Source: Methanotrichaceae archaeon (GTDB lineage Archaea; Halobacteriota; Methanosarcinia; Methanotrichales; Methanotrichaceae). From it: 64,000 nt of DNA. Every line of letters begins with the position of its first letter. Positions within the stretch are counted from its first letter, which is position 1. A program made the translations under genes and the position numbers. Below, piece by piece: positions 62,370 to 64,000 of this stretch. Under the pieces are notes generated by a model. The model did no database searches. It saw only the letters and a list, made by a program, of their open reading frames with translations, and was not told the origin of the DNA. The stretch lies in contig CAWDLW010000008.1 in assembly GCA_963803145.1 (NCBI GenBank), positions 224,001-288,000 of the forward strand, in the 5' to 3' direction.

Positions 62370-62591
62370 GTGGCTCAGGATAAGGCTTCCAAAAGCGATA
62401 TAACCTCACGCAAGCGGTATGTTGGACCAATAGCTAACTGTGGTAGTCAAATCGAGAGGATTAGCGATCATGCCTATAAGATAAAGTCGCAATCAGGCGA
62501 GGAATTCTATGAAGTTATAGAGACTGAGGATGGGATAACTTGCATTTGTTCGGATTTTGTTTATCACGGCGATCAAACGGAGGCGATCTGA
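62370..62591 (+). pseudogene. Truncated SWIM zinc-finger protein (possible 5' remnant of a SWIM-DDE transposase-like gene)
   Basis: YKIKSQSG..FYEV......CICSDF is the first half of a SWIM finger; the distal CxH is missing; GAGGT SD. Confidence 0.6.
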
Positions 62592-63173
62592 ATGCCCCCC
62601 ACAAACCACCCCGAAAACGCCGATCTGGTAGCGACCGATCCCGCAATCGCAGATGATTCAGCAACCACAGACACGCTATCAGAGCTAAACACAACACTAG
62701 CCGAGCTCCAACCCCTAGCCTCCAAGATCTCCGATCTGCAAAAGGAAACCCTTGAAAAAGAATCCTCAATCCTAAAAGCGATCCTGGAGAAGCTCAAGCC
62801 TCTGGTGCCTCTGCTGAGTGAAGACTGCGAGCAATGTTACCGCCGTGAGATTATCCTTCTGACCCGCGAGGAGAGAGTACAGCTTGAGGAGGGTTTAGGC
62901 TTTTTCAGTGAGTACAGGCTGATTCTCTATGAGAATGGTCTGCTGGTAAGGGCACATCGCTATGGCCAATCAATGGAAGGTCTGCACTTAGGATGGGAGA
63001 ATACAGATGAGGATGTGCTTACACCCGAGGCTGCAATAACTGCATTCGGTTTCACGGCAATTTCAAAGGGCTTGATGAAGGCTCTTGGTGAGGTGTCATC
63101 GATGGCCATTCTTAAAGAAGAGCTTGAGGGCAGGATCGCTGCATTAACTAATGCTCTCGAGACTCTATTATGA
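62592..63173 (+). CDS. Hypothetical protein with N- and C-terminal coiled coils
   Basis: 193-aa ORF with natural composition; no recognised motif. Confidence 0.7.
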   Translation: MPPTNHPENADLVATDPAIADDSATTDTLSELNTTLAELQPLASKISDLQKETLEKESSILKAILEKLKPLVPLLSEDCEQCYRREIILLTREERVQLEEGLGFFSEYRLILYENGLLVRAHRYGQSMEGLHLGWENTDEDVLTPEAAITAFGFTAISKGLMKALGEVSSMAILKEELEGRIAALTNALETLL

Positions 63174-63262
63174 GGCAACAGCGAGCATGCTAGCGGAAAA
63201 GTTGCAAAAGGCTGCACGAGATAATGGTGATGGATTATTTGATCTTAGGTTGGATTCAAAAT

Positions 63263-63368
63263 TCCAGATCCTTTCCCCAGCGAAGGGTCAGGGGCAGCCT
63301 GCACAGGCGTTGGAGCGCTAGCAAACCCGCAAGTATTAGCCCAGAAGAAAGTGTAGGTTTTAAGTTAT
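63263..63368 (+). repeat. Island repeat copy R5 (diverged), core 63315-63342
   Basis: TTCCCCAGCGAAGGGTCAGGGGCAGCC...GCGCTAG-N14-TTAGCCC-AGAAGAAAGTGTAGGTTTTAAGTTAT. Confidence 0.82.
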
Positions 63369-63648
63369 CGTAGTCTTGCCCTTCTTCATCCCGAAGACCG
63401 CATGAGCTACAATATCTTTTCATGAAAAATCCTTCAAAAAGGATTAAGCCTCGTATTTTTGCCAGAAATATCAGGATTCTTGCCAGCAATGCCGCTTCAT
63501 AAGCTTGACCTCATAGAAGGTTCACAAAGATTTTAGATCGATATCTGGTTGAAAAAAAAGAAAAGAAAGCTGCCCCTACATAGGGGCATTTCGTTTTCGA
63601 GGTTCTTGAGAGTTGCCTAGCTTTGTCTGCTCTTTGTCTAACGTTTCC

Positions 63649-63999
63649 CTAGCTTTGTTGGGGATAAGGTACCGCCTTGAGGGGGAAAGTGATTGTATCC
63701 TCGATGACTGGCGGGTTGTAGAGTTGAGGTTCGTCATTGCATTGCCCACATGTGAGCTTGGCCACAATAATCTCCTGCGCAGTTGCAGTATTGTTTTCTG
63801 GATCGACAGTGACCTTTAGATACCCCAGCGCCATTGGCAAAACCGCCTGTTTCCCGACGGCATATATGGTAGAGTTGGGGATTTCACCAGTCGGAGCCCC
63901 CCCGTTGCCGACTACGAAATATGGTATCCCGCTTATGTTATATCTCTGGTAATTGTGGGTATGGCCTGCGAAATTCGCGCTGATTCCGTATTTGTGATA
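63649..63999 (-). CDS. Metallophosphoesterase (purple acid phosphatase-like), 3' part only; runs off window
   Basis: Manual translation YHKYGISANFAGHTHNYQRY..SGIPYFVVGNGGAP...LGYLKVTVDP. Confidence 0.8.
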   Translation of the reverse strand, partial: YHKYGISANFAGHTHNYQRYNISGIPYFVVGNGGAPTGEIPNSTIYAVGKQAVLPMALGYLKVTVDPENNTATAQEIIVAKLTCGQCNDEPQLYNPPVIEDTITFPLKAVPYPQQS

Positions 64000-64000
64000 C

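Noticed and set aside
55896-63368. Island repeats as a CRISPR array or classical integron attC sites
   Set aside because: Spacing is irregular (0.1-3 kb) and orientation mixed. GTTAG/CTAAC words occur, but I could not pair RYYYAAC...GTTRRRY ends into one long hairpin. No cas or intI gene is in the window.

Overview
Archaeal chromosome segment, most consistent with a Methanotrichales (Methanothrix-like) methanogen. Markers: cofE/cofC, gatD, rpl10e, aIF-2beta-TRAM, Hel308, LonB and a Methanosarcinales-type two-domain S-layer protein. Positions 1-54.9 kb are mostly housekeeping: gltB2/gltB1/glnA, a TetR-led double ABC transporter operon, S-layer, an HDAC-family plus hydantoinase pair, leuS, dapL, an HSR1-like ArsR-cdc48-lonB-tldD operon, translation genes, F420 biosynthesis and pyrD/pyrK. 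One nested IS630-in-IS630 insertion lies at 23.4-25.5 kb. Positions 55-63.4 kb form an accessory toxin/defence island (relBE, ApeA-like HEPN protein, YgiT zinc finger, HNH nuclease, AbrB, SWIM fragment). Its modules are separated by five copies of an unexplained repeat whose core is a 28-bp GCGCTAA-N14-TTAGCSC inverted site; this is the best candidate for an undescribed recombination or cassette system. Each of the three nuclease genes there has been hit by an insertion: a 356-bp non-autonomous IS200/IS605 element with an omegaRNA-like right end, and two IS630 elements. Also found: a TTCATA-N5-TATGAA palindrome in identical promoter context before both glnA and gltB1, HSR1-type and TetR operators, two small membrane proteins below the ORF cutoff, and opposite frameshift signals in two sister IS630s. 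All calls were made by eye from sequence and motifs; no database searches were run.
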